The notes below the pieces were generated by a model. That model searched no databases, had not been told where the DNA came from, and was given only the letters and a program-made list of their open reading frames with translations. Shown piece after piece: positions 39,759 to 48,805 of a DNA stretch of 64,000 nt (within the stretch, counting starts at the first letter, position 1; each line of letters starts with the position of its first letter). The position numbers and the translations under genes were made by a program. The stretch is taken from contig JBGAML010000017.1 in assembly GCA_044223005.1 (NCBI GenBank), forward strand, positions 32,001 to 96,000, written 5' to 3'. Origin of the DNA: Candidatus Eiseniibacteriota bacterium (GTDB taxonomy: Bacteria > Eisenbacteria > RBG-16-71-46).

Positions 39759-39787
39759 ACGCTAGCGGCCACCTCCCGGCCCGTCAA
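39759..39787 (-). promoter_or_regulatory. putative sigma70 promoter of the aquaporin-arsC-HAD operon
   Basis: minus strand TTGACG-17 nt-TAGCGT. Confidence 0.6.
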
Positions 39788-39815
39788 CGCCGCGGACTCC
39801 CCCGGGAAGGCGCGC

Positions 39816-40613
39816 TCAGGCGAGCGTGCCCTGGCGCCGCAGGAGCTCCTCCATGAGCTTGGCGTTGCGGGCGGCCTGGCCGGCGTGGCAGTTGTTGAAG
39901 AACAGGTAGGTCTGCTTCGCCTGGTCGGCCAGCACGCGCACCTTCTCGACCCACTCGAGCAGCTGGCGCTCGGAGTAGTCGTAGTCGTAGCGGTCGCCGC
40001 CGCCTCGCCCCCACCACGTCGCCTCGTTGCGGCCGTGGAAGCGCACGTAGCCCGTGTCGGTCGTGAGGTGGACGACCGGGGGCACCAGCCCGGGCAGCGC
40101 CGGTTCGTCCACGGCGCAGTAGCCGAGCGAGCGCTCGCGCAACCAGTCCGGCAGCTTGGCGTGCATCCACGAGTCGTGCCGGAACTCGACCCAGAGCGGT
40201 TCGTCGCCGAGCGACTCGCGCAGGCCCTCGAGGTGGCGCTTGGTCTCGTCGGTCTTCTTGAAGCTCCACGGGAACTGCGCGAGCAGGCCGTGGTACTTGC
40301 CGGCGTCCTTGAGCGGTTGAATCGCCGCGAGGAAGTCGCGCGTCGTCCCGGGCTCGAGACCGCGTTCGTGCGTCATCGACTGGTGCAGCTTGACCACGAA
40401 CCGGAAACCGTCCGGCGTCTTCTTCTCCATGAGCGAGAGCACGCGCGGGTTCGGGATCCGGTAGTAGGTCGAGTTCACCTCGACGCAGCCGAACTGTCGC
40501 GCGTAGTACGGCAGGTAGTCGCCGCTCTTCGTGCCCGGCGGGTAGAAGGGCCCCACCCAGTCGGCGAACGAATAGCCCGACGTGCCGACGTGGATCGCGC
40601 CGGCCGCGCTCAC
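39816..40613 (-). CDS. DUF72 family protein
   Basis: VGTSGYS..W..FYP, VEVNSTYY, EFRHDSW, YVRFHGRN, RYDYDYS, FFNN; GTG overlaps the dinB stop. Confidence 0.93.
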   Translation of the reverse strand: MSAAGAIHVGTSGYSFADWVGPFYPPGTKSGDYLPYYARQFGCVEVNSTYYRIPNPRVLSLMEKKTPDGFRFVVKLHQSMTHERGLEPGTTRDFLAAIQPLKDAGKYHGLLAQFPWSFKKTDETKRHLEGLRESLGDEPLWVEFRHDSWMHAKLPDWLRERSLGYCAVDEPALPGLVPPVVHLTTDTGYVRFHGRNEATWWGRGGGDRYDYDYSERQLLEWVEKVRVLADQAKQTYLFFNNCHAGQAARNAKLMEELLRRQGTLA

Positions 40614-42028
40614 GCGCCGCCCCGCTTGCCGCCGCGCGGGCGGCCCTCGACCGGGCGCGGGCGATCGCCACGCTCCGCGGGCTTCGGCGTGCCGCGCGCG
40701 CCCCGTTCGGGCGCCCGCGGTTCGCGCACCGGTCCCTCGCCCAATTCGCTGGCGCGCCGCAGCACCGTCTTTACCTGCGACGCGGTGCCCTCGCGCGAGA
40801 GCGCGCCCGCTCCCGCATCCGAGCGCTTGATGGCGCCGAAGGGCACGTGCCCGATCGCGCGCCGGTGCATGAGCGAGCCCGCGGGCACGACGGACGCCTC
40901 GCCCAGCTTGTCGCGCACCTTGTCGAGCGCCGCCTGCAGCGTGCGCGAGCGTTCGTCGCGCGCGAAGAGTTCGGTCTGCTCGCCCTCGCCCTTCTTCTCC
41001 AGCGCGCTCACGCTGATCCCGAGCAGCCGCAGCGGCTCGCCGTGCCAGTTGGCGCGCCAGAGCGCGCGCGCCACCTCGAAGATGCCGAGGTGCTCGTCGA
41101 CCGCGACCGGCAGCGCGCGCTGGCGCGTGATCGTGCGGAAGCGGTGATCGCGCAGCTTGACCGTCACCGTGCGCCCCGCGAACGCGTCGCCGCGCAGGCG
41201 GCGTGCGACCTGGTCGGCGAGCCGCAGCAGCGTGCCTTCCAGGAACTCCGCGTCGCGGCAGTCCTCGGGCAGCGTGACTTCGTGCCCCATCGACTTGGGA
41301 TCCACGCCCTCGTGGTACGGGATCACCGGCGTCTGGTCGTGCCCCCACGCCGCCTCGCGCAGGTGCGGGCCCGTGACGCCGAACGCCTGCTCGAGCATCT
41401 CGGGTCGCGCGCGCCCGAGATCGCCCACGGTGCGGATCCCGAGTCCGTTCAGGTGACCTGCCATCTTGGGACCCACGCCCCAGAGCGCCTGCACCTCCTG
41501 CGGCCAGAAGAGCTGCCGGAAGCCCTCCTCGTCGAGGAACGTGAGCCCGCGCGGCTTGTTCACGCCGGAGCCCATCTTGGCGATCAGCTTGTTGGGGCCG
41601 ATCCCGATCGAGGCGCCCAGGCCGTGCTCGTCGGCGATGCGCTGCTGGATGCCGCGCGCGATCGCGATCGCCGCCTCGCGCGTGGCGGCGCGATCGCCCA
41701 ACTTGCCGAGATCGAGGAACGCCTCGTCGACGCTGAACGGTTCCACGTCGGGCGTGACCGAAAGGAGGATCTCGAGGATCTCGAGCGACTTCTCGACGTA
41801 CTTGCGGGGATTGCCCTCGACGTACTCGGCCTGCGGGCAGAGCCGCTTGGCCTCGGCGAGCGGCATGCCCGCGTGCACGCCGAACGGCCGCGCCTCGTAG
41901 GAGGCCGCGGTCACCACGCCGCGCCGGTCGGGATCGCCGCAGACGATCACCGGCTTGCCGCGCAGGTGCGGATGGTGCGCCTGCTCGACCGACGCGAAGA
42001 ACGCATCCATGTCGACGAGCAGGATCAT
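40610..42028 (-). CDS. dinB: Y-family DNA polymerase (Pol IV/DinB-like)
   Basis: VDMDAFFASVE, AASYEAR.FGV, SVDEAFLD, NKLIAK, LWGVG, RLLGI; QTELF clamp motif. Confidence 0.93.
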   Translation of the reverse strand: MILLVDMDAFFASVEQAHHPHLRGKPVIVCGDPDRRGVVTAASYEARPFGVHAGMPLAEAKRLCPQAEYVEGNPRKYVEKSLEILEILLSVTPDVEPFSVDEAFLDLGKLGDRAATREAAIAIARGIQQRIADEHGLGASIGIGPNKLIAKMGSGVNKPRGLTFLDEEGFRQLFWPQEVQALWGVGPKMAGHLNGLGIRTVGDLGRARPEMLEQAFGVTGPHLREAAWGHDQTPVIPYHEGVDPKSMGHEVTLPEDCRDAEFLEGTLLRLADQVARRLRGDAFAGRTVTVKLRDHRFRTITRQRALPVAVDEHLGIFEVARALWRANWHGEPLRLLGISVSALEKKGEGEQTELFARDERSRTLQAALDKVRDKLGEASVVPAGSLMHRRAIGHVPFGAIKRSDAGAGALSREGTASQVKTVLRRASELGEGPVREPRAPERGARGTPKPAERGDRPRPVEGRPRGGKRGGA

Positions 42029-42095
42029 TACATGGCCTCCCTTCGTCGGCCTGGGTCGGTGTGGCGGCTGGTCGCGGTCATGCGGCCGGTCGCGG

Positions 42096-42350
42096 TCAGG
42101 CGGGCGGCGTCCAGGCGCGGCTCAGGATCCAGCGCGGCCCGCGAGCGTCGTAGCAGAGCTCGAAGGTCTCGTCCTTGGCCCCCTGCACCGCGAAATAGCG
42201 CAGGACGGCCTGCCCGTCGCGTCGACTCCATTGCCCCGTGACTTTCCTCACCCGGACCACGCGACCCTGCCAGCGGAAGCGTATAGGCGTCATACCCCCG
42301 TCCACGAACGCCGTCAGGACGTCGACCGGGTCGTTGAGCGATTCGAACAT
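42096..42350 (-). CDS. small DUF6504-like protein
   Basis: 84 aa with PIRFRWQGR.VRV..V...W...YFAV...FELCY...W.L pattern; first gene of the dinB unit. Confidence 0.7.
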   Translation of the reverse strand: MFESLNDPVDVLTAFVDGGMTPIRFRWQGRVVRVRKVTGQWSRRDGQAVLRYFAVQGAKDETFELCYDARGPRWILSRAWTPPA

Positions 42351-42373
42351 GACCGGACTCTGGCACCGCGGGT

Positions 42374-42402
42374 AGGATACTGCACGTTTGGGCAGTCGGC
42401 AA
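42374..42402 (-). promoter_or_regulatory. putative sigma70 promoter of DUF6504-dinB-DUF72
   Basis: minus strand TTGCCG-17 nt-TATCCT. Confidence 0.6.
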
Positions 42403-42492
42403 GAAGCTCGCTCAGCCGCGGAAAGCCGACGGGCCCGCGACGATTGCCGCGGGCCCGATCGAACCGCCCTCCCGACGGGACTTGAAGGAACG

Positions 42493-43488
42493 CTACTGAG
42501 CAGCGCCGACCGACGGTGCCGTCAGGTGAGTGATCGCACCCGAGCGCTGGACCGCGGTGGGCTGGCTCCAGAGCTTTCCGTCGTAGCGCAGGATCAGTTC
42601 CTGGCCCACGGCGAATACGTCGGACCTCGAGGTTCCCCAGACACCCCAGAGATGGCTGGTCGTACCGCTCGACTGCGCGCTCCACATCGTCCCGTCGTAG
42701 TGCAGGATCGTGCCGTTGGCGCCCACGGCGAAGACGTCATCCGGCGCGCTGCCCCAGACCGCGAACAGGTTGTTCGTCGTACCGCTCGCCTGGGAACTCC
42801 AGTTCACGCCGTCGTAGTGCGAAATTGCGGGCCCTCCCACCGCGAATACGTCGTTGCTCGAACTGCCCCAGACGGCGGTCGTCGGCGAACCCGTGTACTG
42901 GTGGGACCAGTGAACACCATCGAAGTGGAGGATGGAGTCCACGAGGCCTCCGACGAACACGTCTCGGGAGGAGCTTCCCCAGATGCCCTGCAACCACTCG
43001 CCCCGGCCCGTTGTGATCGCGTTCCACGTCGCCCCGTCGTAGTGCAAGATCAACCCTTGGCGGCCCACGGCGAACACATCGTGTTCCGAGCTTCCCCAGA
43101 CCGACTCGAGCGCCGCTGGGGCATCGGCCGCCCGATGCCAGGCACGGCCATCGAAACGGTAGACCCTTCCGGTGACCCCGCCGTCCGGACTGCTCCACGC
43201 GACGTATGCGGCATTCGCCGACGGCACCCAGACACCGTTCAGGAATCCCCTGGGACCCTCCCATTCGGGGATCCAGCGGCGGCCATCGAAATGCCAGATC
43301 GTCGAGGAACCGATCGCGTAGACGTCGCTGGTCGACGAGCCACCCACCGCGCTGAACCACGGGTTCCAGAACCCGGTATCGAGCGCCGAGCGGCCACATC
43401 CGGTCGTGACCGCGAGCAGGCCGAAGACCGCTATCGCACGTACCCAGCCGACCCTGGCACGCGCGCCGTATCGCAGATCAGGCCGCAT
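42493..43488 (-). CDS. beta-propeller repeat lipoprotein
   Basis: Lipobox-like VTTGC; about 7 repeats of VWGSSxxDVFAVG...ILHYDGxxW. Confidence 0.8.
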   Translation of the reverse strand: MRPDLRYGARARVGWVRAIAVFGLLAVTTGCGRSALDTGFWNPWFSAVGGSSTSDVYAIGSSTIWHFDGRRWIPEWEGPRGFLNGVWVPSANAAYVAWSSPDGGVTGRVYRFDGRAWHRAADAPAALESVWGSSEHDVFAVGRQGLILHYDGATWNAITTGRGEWLQGIWGSSSRDVFVGGLVDSILHFDGVHWSHQYTGSPTTAVWGSSSNDVFAVGGPAISHYDGVNWSSQASGTTNNLFAVWGSAPDDVFAVGANGTILHYDGTMWSAQSSGTTSHLWGVWGTSRSDVFAVGQELILRYDGKLWSQPTAVQRSGAITHLTAPSVGAAQ

Positions 43489-43491
43489 GGC

Positions 43492-44166
43492 TCACCTCGC
43501 CGTGCCCGAATCGGAGCCGGCACGCTCGCGCCTGCGATCTCCGCCCGCCACGAACAGGTCGAAGCCCAGTTTGACGGAGAGCATGTCGGTGGTGGGAAAG
43601 ACGAAGTCGTCGGCGCTCGAATACGACTTCAGGCTCGTCGTGCGCTTAGGCACGCGGTCATAGCGCAGTTCGATGCGCACGGAACCATGGCCGTCGCTCA
43701 CCGACCTCCGCGCGCCGGCACCGGCGCCGAACACGGGCCGCGTCACGACGTACGACGCGCCGTACGTGGTGAATGCGGTCTCGTGGAGGACTCCGACACC
43801 GGCGTTCACGAAGGGGCTCCATCCACGCCATTCCGCGATGTTCGCCTGGACCTGTGGCATCGCTTCGAGCGTGGTCTCATCGGCACTCATCGTGCCGGAA
43901 CGGCGCACGGTCTCGAGTCCGGCGTCGGCGAGCACTTCCCAACGGCCGCCCGGCAACCGATAGCCGATCCGGAATCCCGGTTGTCCCCATGCCTGGGTCC
44001 CGGGCAATCCGACGACATCGTTCTTGAAGCGTGGACTGTCGGGATAGGCCAGGTGCGAATAACCGAACGAAGCTCCTACCGCCACCTGGGCGCTCGCGAC
44101 GTGACCCCAGAGGAGCGATGAAAGAACGGCGGCGCTCGATAGGAAGCGAAGGACTCCCCTTCTCAT
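43492..44166 (-). CDS. outer membrane beta-barrel protein
   Basis: Signal peptide ending VASA-Q; SPFVNAGVG, FGAGAG, VRIELRYD, SVKLGFDLF. Confidence 0.7.
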   Translation of the reverse strand: MRRGVLRFLSSAAVLSSLLWGHVASAQVAVGASFGYSHLAYPDSPRFKNDVVGLPGTQAWGQPGFRIGYRLPGGRWEVLADAGLETVRRSGTMSADETTLEAMPQVQANIAEWRGWSPFVNAGVGVLHETAFTTYGASYVVTRPVFGAGAGARRSVSDGHGSVRIELRYDRVPKRTTSLKSYSSADDFVFPTTDMLSVKLGFDLFVAGGDRRRERAGSDSGTAR

Positions 44167-44340
44167 TGGTTCCCCCTGACGCGGCATCCACAAGGGTGAC
44201 GGCAAGATCGATCACCCGGATGTCTGCCCGCTGGTCCCGACCATTGTCCGACCCGGGCAATTCCGCGTCGATGGTCCGAACGTGGCCATGGGTGCAGCCG
44301 GTCGAGGACGAGGCGGGGCACTCGCACAACTTCCCTCGAC

Positions 44341-44377
44341 ACGAACGGGCGGCACGCCGTGCGTGCCGCCCGTTCGT
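44341..44377 (-). terminator. 16-bp stem hairpin after the BNR/PPC gene
   Basis: acgaacgggcggcacg-ccgtg-cgtgccgcccgttcgt. Confidence 0.7.
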
Positions 44378-44397
44378 CTCGCCGACGGTCCGCGCCC

Positions 44398-46665
44398 CTA
44401 CTTCAGCGCCACCGCCTTGCCGCTCACCGTGCCGCCGGCCTGGTGCGCGCGCAGGAAGTACATGCCGGGCCCGAGCCCCTGGCCCAGTTCGACCACGTGG
44501 TCGCCGTCGCCCGCGGCCGGGTAGTCCGCCGCGGCCACGCGGCGGCCCGTGACGTCGAGCAGCTCCACGCTCGCCGCGCCGGCGCGCGGCAGGCTCAGCA
44601 TCGCCCGCACGCGACCCGCGTGCAGCGGCTGCAGGCCGCGCACGCCGAACGTGCGTGCGACCGCCGCGGGCGGCTCCACCGCGGTCGTGGCGTCGACCAG
44701 CTTCGAGAAGTACGAGTCCGGTGTGCCGTCGCGGCCGTCGGCCCAGTTGGCGTAGACGTTCATTCCGTCCGCGACCAGCGCCGAGTAGTCGCCCATGTTC
44801 GGGAAGATGTTCGTCGCGACGTTGTTCCAGTTGATCGGCGAGCCCGTGCTGAAGCGCGCGCTGGGCTTGAACGTCTTCCCGCGATCGTCGGAGCGCGTGT
44901 AGTACATCGAGGTCAGGATGCCGTTGGCCGCGTCGTCGCGGTGGTCGTACCAGTCCACGTGCACGCGCCCGGCGGCGTCCACGGCGACCTCGGGCCACGC
45001 GTCGTCGTAACGGGCCGGATCGTCGTTGACCACGACCGGCGTCGACCACGTCGCGCCCTCGTCGGACGAGGACGAGACGATCACGTCGCGGTGGTCGCGC
45101 GCGATGTCGTTGGCGGTCGACGTGTGGGTGCCCGAGTAGACGACGTAGTTGCCGATGTTCGTGCCGACGCCGTCCCAGTTGCCGACGCGCAGGTAGTACG
45201 TGCCCGTGGACGGCAGCGTGAACTCCACCAGCGCCACGCCGCCGCTGAAATGCGAGAGGGCGACGCGGTTCGAGGCCGAACCGCCGCCCGCGTGCAGGCG
45301 CAGGAAGCCGTTGCACGACGAGCCGTTGGGCACAAGATAGAAGATCACGGTCTGCCCCGCCGTGCCGGCGAACGACCACCAGTCCTGGTCGGCCGTACTC
45401 GAGAGCCCGCCGAGCAGCGCCTGCCCCAGCGTGAACGGCGTCGCGGCCGCCGAGCTCTCGTTGGCTTCGATCTCGTTGGCGGACCCGGTGCCGCCCAGCA
45501 CGTCGTTGTTGACGTCGAGCCCTTCCTGCCACACCGCGTAGAGCTTGCCGCGCGAGGGCGCGGTCGAGCGGTCCACGTCGAACGAGACCAGCGCCACCAT
45601 GCGCTCGCGGTTGTAGCCCGCGGGCCCGGAATAGTAGTTGTTGAGGAACGGTCGGCCGCCGATGTTGGTCTCGGGGCCGAACGAGAGCCCGCCGTCGGTG
45701 GACTTGCGGATGCGCTCGTACTCGTTACCCGTGCTCGCGTCGTACGAGTAGTACGCGAGGTAGACCTGGCCCGTGGGCCCGACCTGGATGCGCGGCGCCA
45801 TCGGATACGTGGTCGACGCGGTGATGGTGATCGGGGCCGACCAGTGTGCGCCGTGGTCCACGCTGCGCGACCACTCGATGCGCTGCCCGCCCGCCGAGAG
45901 GAACCGCACGTACGCGCAGTAGACGTTGCCCGTGGTGGGATCCACGCCGAGCCAGGGCTTGTCGAGGTAGTCGGTGGCGTGCGTCGCGATCGCGACCGGC
46001 GGATCCCACGCGGGCGCGGCGCCCGCGAACGTTCCGTGCGAGACCGTGATGCCGGTCACCGTAGGACTCGGCCGCCAGAGGTCGGCGAAGTACCAATGCC
46101 CCGCGGGGTCCGCGACGATCACGGGGTCGCCGTAGAAGATGTCGGTCGCGCCCGAGACCGGCAGGCTGCCGCCGTCGGTCCACGTGGCGCCACCGTCGAT
46201 CGAGTAGCCGTAGCCCACGAACCCGGGCTGCAGCTGCCAGAACTGGCCGTCGTTCCAGCCCGAGATCAGCTTGTTGCCGATCGCGGCCATGGAGACTTCC
46301 GCCTCGCCGTTGCCCGCGGGCGTGCCGACGAGCGTGTTGATGCGCACGTTGGCGCCGAACGCGCTGGCCGCCGACGGCGCGGCGATGCCGCGCGTGCCCC
46401 ACTCGAGCCGCGGCTGGTAGAGCGGCGACTCGGGCCGGTCATCGATCGGGATCAGGTTCTCGTCCTCGTCCTCCTCGTGCAGCGTGCGCAGCACGAGGTC
46501 GGCCGGCACGCGAACGGGCCCGATCGTCGCGGGCGGCGCGATCGCGAGTGGGACTTCCTTCTTGACTCGCGCCGCGGTGGAGCGCGGGCCTTCCTTCGCC
46601 TGTGCGGCGGCGGGAACGAGAAGGGCGGCGGCGAGGCAGGGCAGCAGGAGACGCAAGAGGCGCAT
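44398..46665 (-). CDS. secreted BNR/Asp-box (sialidase-like) propeller with inserted PPC domain and FlgD/T9SS-like CTD
   Basis: Asp boxes YSIDGGATW, RSVDHGAHW, KSTDGGLSF, SSDEGATW, RSDDRGKTF; PPC EIEAN...DQDWWSF...GTYYLRV; CTD DVTGRRV...PGMYFLR. Confidence 0.85.
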   Translation of the reverse strand: MRLLRLLLPCLAAALLVPAAAQAKEGPRSTAARVKKEVPLAIAPPATIGPVRVPADLVLRTLHEEDEDENLIPIDDRPESPLYQPRLEWGTRGIAAPSAASAFGANVRINTLVGTPAGNGEAEVSMAAIGNKLISGWNDGQFWQLQPGFVGYGYSIDGGATWTDGGSLPVSGATDIFYGDPVIVADPAGHWYFADLWRPSPTVTGITVSHGTFAGAAPAWDPPVAIATHATDYLDKPWLGVDPTTGNVYCAYVRFLSAGGQRIEWSRSVDHGAHWSAPITITASTTYPMAPRIQVGPTGQVYLAYYSYDASTGNEYERIRKSTDGGLSFGPETNIGGRPFLNNYYSGPAGYNRERMVALVSFDVDRSTAPSRGKLYAVWQEGLDVNNDVLGGTGSANEIEANESSAAATPFTLGQALLGGLSSTADQDWWSFAGTAGQTVIFYLVPNGSSCNGFLRLHAGGGSASNRVALSHFSGGVALVEFTLPSTGTYYLRVGNWDGVGTNIGNYVVYSGTHTSTANDIARDHRDVIVSSSSDEGATWSTPVVVNDDPARYDDAWPEVAVDAAGRVHVDWYDHRDDAANGILTSMYYTRSDDRGKTFKPSARFSTGSPINWNNVATNIFPNMGDYSALVADGMNVYANWADGRDGTPDSYFSKLVDATTAVEPPAAVARTFGVRGLQPLHAGRVRAMLSLPRAGAASVELLDVTGRRVAAADYPAAGDGDHVVELGQGLGPGMYFLRAHQAGGTVSGKAVALK

Positions 46666-46846
46666 TCCCGACCTCCAGGGCTTGGGGTGCGCGGCGGCAC
46701 CCCGGGGGGGCGAACTCGGGAACCCGAGCCAGATGGACTACAGTCTAGGCCATCCGCGCGCACGGACGATGGGGATTCCGTCGGCCGGCGCCCGTCCCGG
46801 CACCCCACGGCCGGTCCGGCCCTCCATTTCCTTGCGGCCCACCGCC

Positions 46847-48805
46847 ATGTCGCCGTTCACCGCTCCTGCCCCCCGCTCGCGCACCGCCCGCCGGGTCCTC
46901 GCGGCCGGAATCGCCGCCTGGGCCGCGCTCGTGGCCGGGGCCTGCGTGCTCAAGCTGCGCACGTTCCTGTACACGGACTTCGACCTCGCGATCTTCGCGC
47001 AGGCCGTCTCGGGCGTGCTCCACGGCCGCTGGACGAGCAGCGTGCGCGGCATGGCGTGGCTGGGCGACCACTCGTCGCTGATCCTCGTCCCGCTGGCGCC
47101 GCTGGGAGCCCTGGTGCGCCCACCGGTGCTGCTCCCGGCGCTGCAGTCCGCGGCGCTGGCCCTGGCCGCGTGGCCGCTCTTCCTGCACGCGCGGCGCCGC
47201 CTGGGCGACGAGCCGGCCGCGGCGCTGCTCGCGTTTGCGTGGCTGGCGCATCCGGCGCTCGCCCATCTCGCGCTCTTCGAGTTCCACCCCGAGACGCTGG
47301 CCACGCCCCTGCTGCTCGCGACGGCCGTGGCGCTGGCCGCGAACCGCGGCGGCCCGGCGCTCGGGTTCGGTGCGCTGGCGGCGCTCGCCAAGGAGGACGT
47401 CGCGCTGCCGCTCGCGACGCTCGGCGCGCTGGCGCGACTGCGCGGGCCCTCGCGCCGCGCCGGGCTCGGGCTGCTCGCCGTCGCGGCGGGCTCGCTCGCC
47501 CTGAGCTTCGGCGTCCTGAAGCCCCGCTTCGCGCACGGCGAGGCCGACTACGGCGCCATGTACGCGGCGTGGGGCCACACGCCGCGCGAGATGCTCGGTG
47601 CGCTCGCGCGCCGGCCGCTCGCGGCCCTCGCGGCGTTCGTGACCACGCCGGGCGATCCCGAGGACGCGCGCGCGAAGCTCGTCTTCTGGGCCGCGTTCCT
47701 CGGGCCCTTCCTCGCGCTGCCGCTCGCCTCGCCGCTGTCGCTGCTGCCGGCGGCGCCGGTACTGGCGGAGCACTTCCTCTCGAGCCGGCTCGAGCAGCAC
47801 ACGATCCTCTACCAGTACACGGCGCTCACGCTGCCGTTCGCCGGGTTCGCGCTGGTCGAGGGCGTCGCGCGCTTCGCCCGCCGCCGGCCGCGGCGGCTCG
47901 CCGGCGCGGTGCTCGCCGCGTCGCTCGCCGGCCAGTTGCTGGCGGGCCCGTGGTCGCCCGGGCTCGCCGAGAGCCCGGACGCGCCGGCGGAAGCCGCGTG
48001 GCCGACGCCACACGACCTCGCGATGGCGCGCTGGCGCGAGGCGTTCCAGCGCGCGCTCCCCGCGTACGGGACCATCGTCGCCGACTTCCCCTCGCTCGCG
48101 CCGCTCTCGGCGCGCGATTCGCTGCACTCGCTGCATCACGTGGCGGCGGGACACTTCACGTACTCGCCGCGGCCCTACCCCGCACCCGCGCACGTGGACG
48201 GCATGCTCATGGACGCGGGCGCGCTGGTCGCGAAGGGCGAACTGACCGCCGCCGACCTCGCGCGCATCCGCGCCTTCGTCGCGACGCGCGGCCTGCACGT
48301 GGCCGACGCCGCGGGCGACCTGGTGCGCCTGCAGCCGGGCGGGCGCGACACGCTGGCGTGGCTCGCGGCGGCGCCCGCGACGAGCGCCGCGCCGCTCGCG
48401 CACTGGCCGGGCGCGTTCGCGCTGCTCTCGGCCTCGCTCCCGGCGCCGGTCGTCGCGCCCGGCGGGCGGCTGCCGATCGTGGCGCGCTGGCGGCGCGACG
48501 GCCCGCTGCCCGGCGTGCCGCTCGTCCAGTGGACCGTCACCGGCCCGCGCGAGCAGGCGCTCGACGCGCCGCCCGTGCCGCTCGGGTTCGGGCTCGCCGA
48601 TCCGGCCGCGTGGCCGGCGGGCAGCGCATGGGACGTGCGCACGTCGTGGGTGGCGCCCGCGGGCCTCGCGGCGGGCGAGCACACGCTGTGGGCGACGCTC
48701 TGGTGGTGGCGCGACGGCGACACGGTACCCGCGACGCCGACGGGCCCCGCTCGCGATGCGGGAGACGGCATGGTGCTCGTGGGCCGCTTCCGCGTCAGTC
48801 GCTGA
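46847..48805 (+). CDS. DUF2079 family membrane protein (GT-C-like)
   Basis: FDLAIFAQ, LGDHSSLI, LFEFHPE, LAKED, YQY; multiple TMs plus soluble C-terminal domain. Confidence 0.8.
   Translation: MSPFTAPAPRSRTARRVLAAGIAAWAALVAGACVLKLRTFLYTDFDLAIFAQAVSGVLHGRWTSSVRGMAWLGDHSSLILVPLAPLGALVRPPVLLPALQSAALALAAWPLFLHARRRLGDEPAAALLAFAWLAHPALAHLALFEFHPETLATPLLLATAVALAANRGGPALGFGALAALAKEDVALPLATLGALARLRGPSRRAGLGLLAVAAGSLALSFGVLKPRFAHGEADYGAMYAAWGHTPREMLGALARRPLAALAAFVTTPGDPEDARAKLVFWAAFLGPFLALPLASPLSLLPAAPVLAEHFLSSRLEQHTILYQYTALTLPFAGFALVEGVARFARRRPRRLAGAVLAASLAGQLLAGPWSPGLAESPDAPAEAAWPTPHDLAMARWREAFQRALPAYGTIVADFPSLAPLSARDSLHSLHHVAAGHFTYSPRPYPAPAHVDGMLMDAGALVAKGELTAADLARIRAFVATRGLHVADAAGDLVRLQPGGRDTLAWLAAAPATSAAPLAHWPGAFALLSASLPAPVVAPGGRLPIVARWRRDGPLPGVPLVQWTVTGPREQALDAPPVPLGFGLADPAAWPAGSAWDVRTSWVAPAGLAAGEHTLWATLWWWRDGDTVPATPTGPARDAGDGMVLVGRFRVSR

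Noticed and set aside
42026..42041. ATG-TAA minimal ORF overlapping the dinB start
   Set aside because: The SD is only 2 nt from that ATG but 7 nt from the dinB ATG; probably incidental
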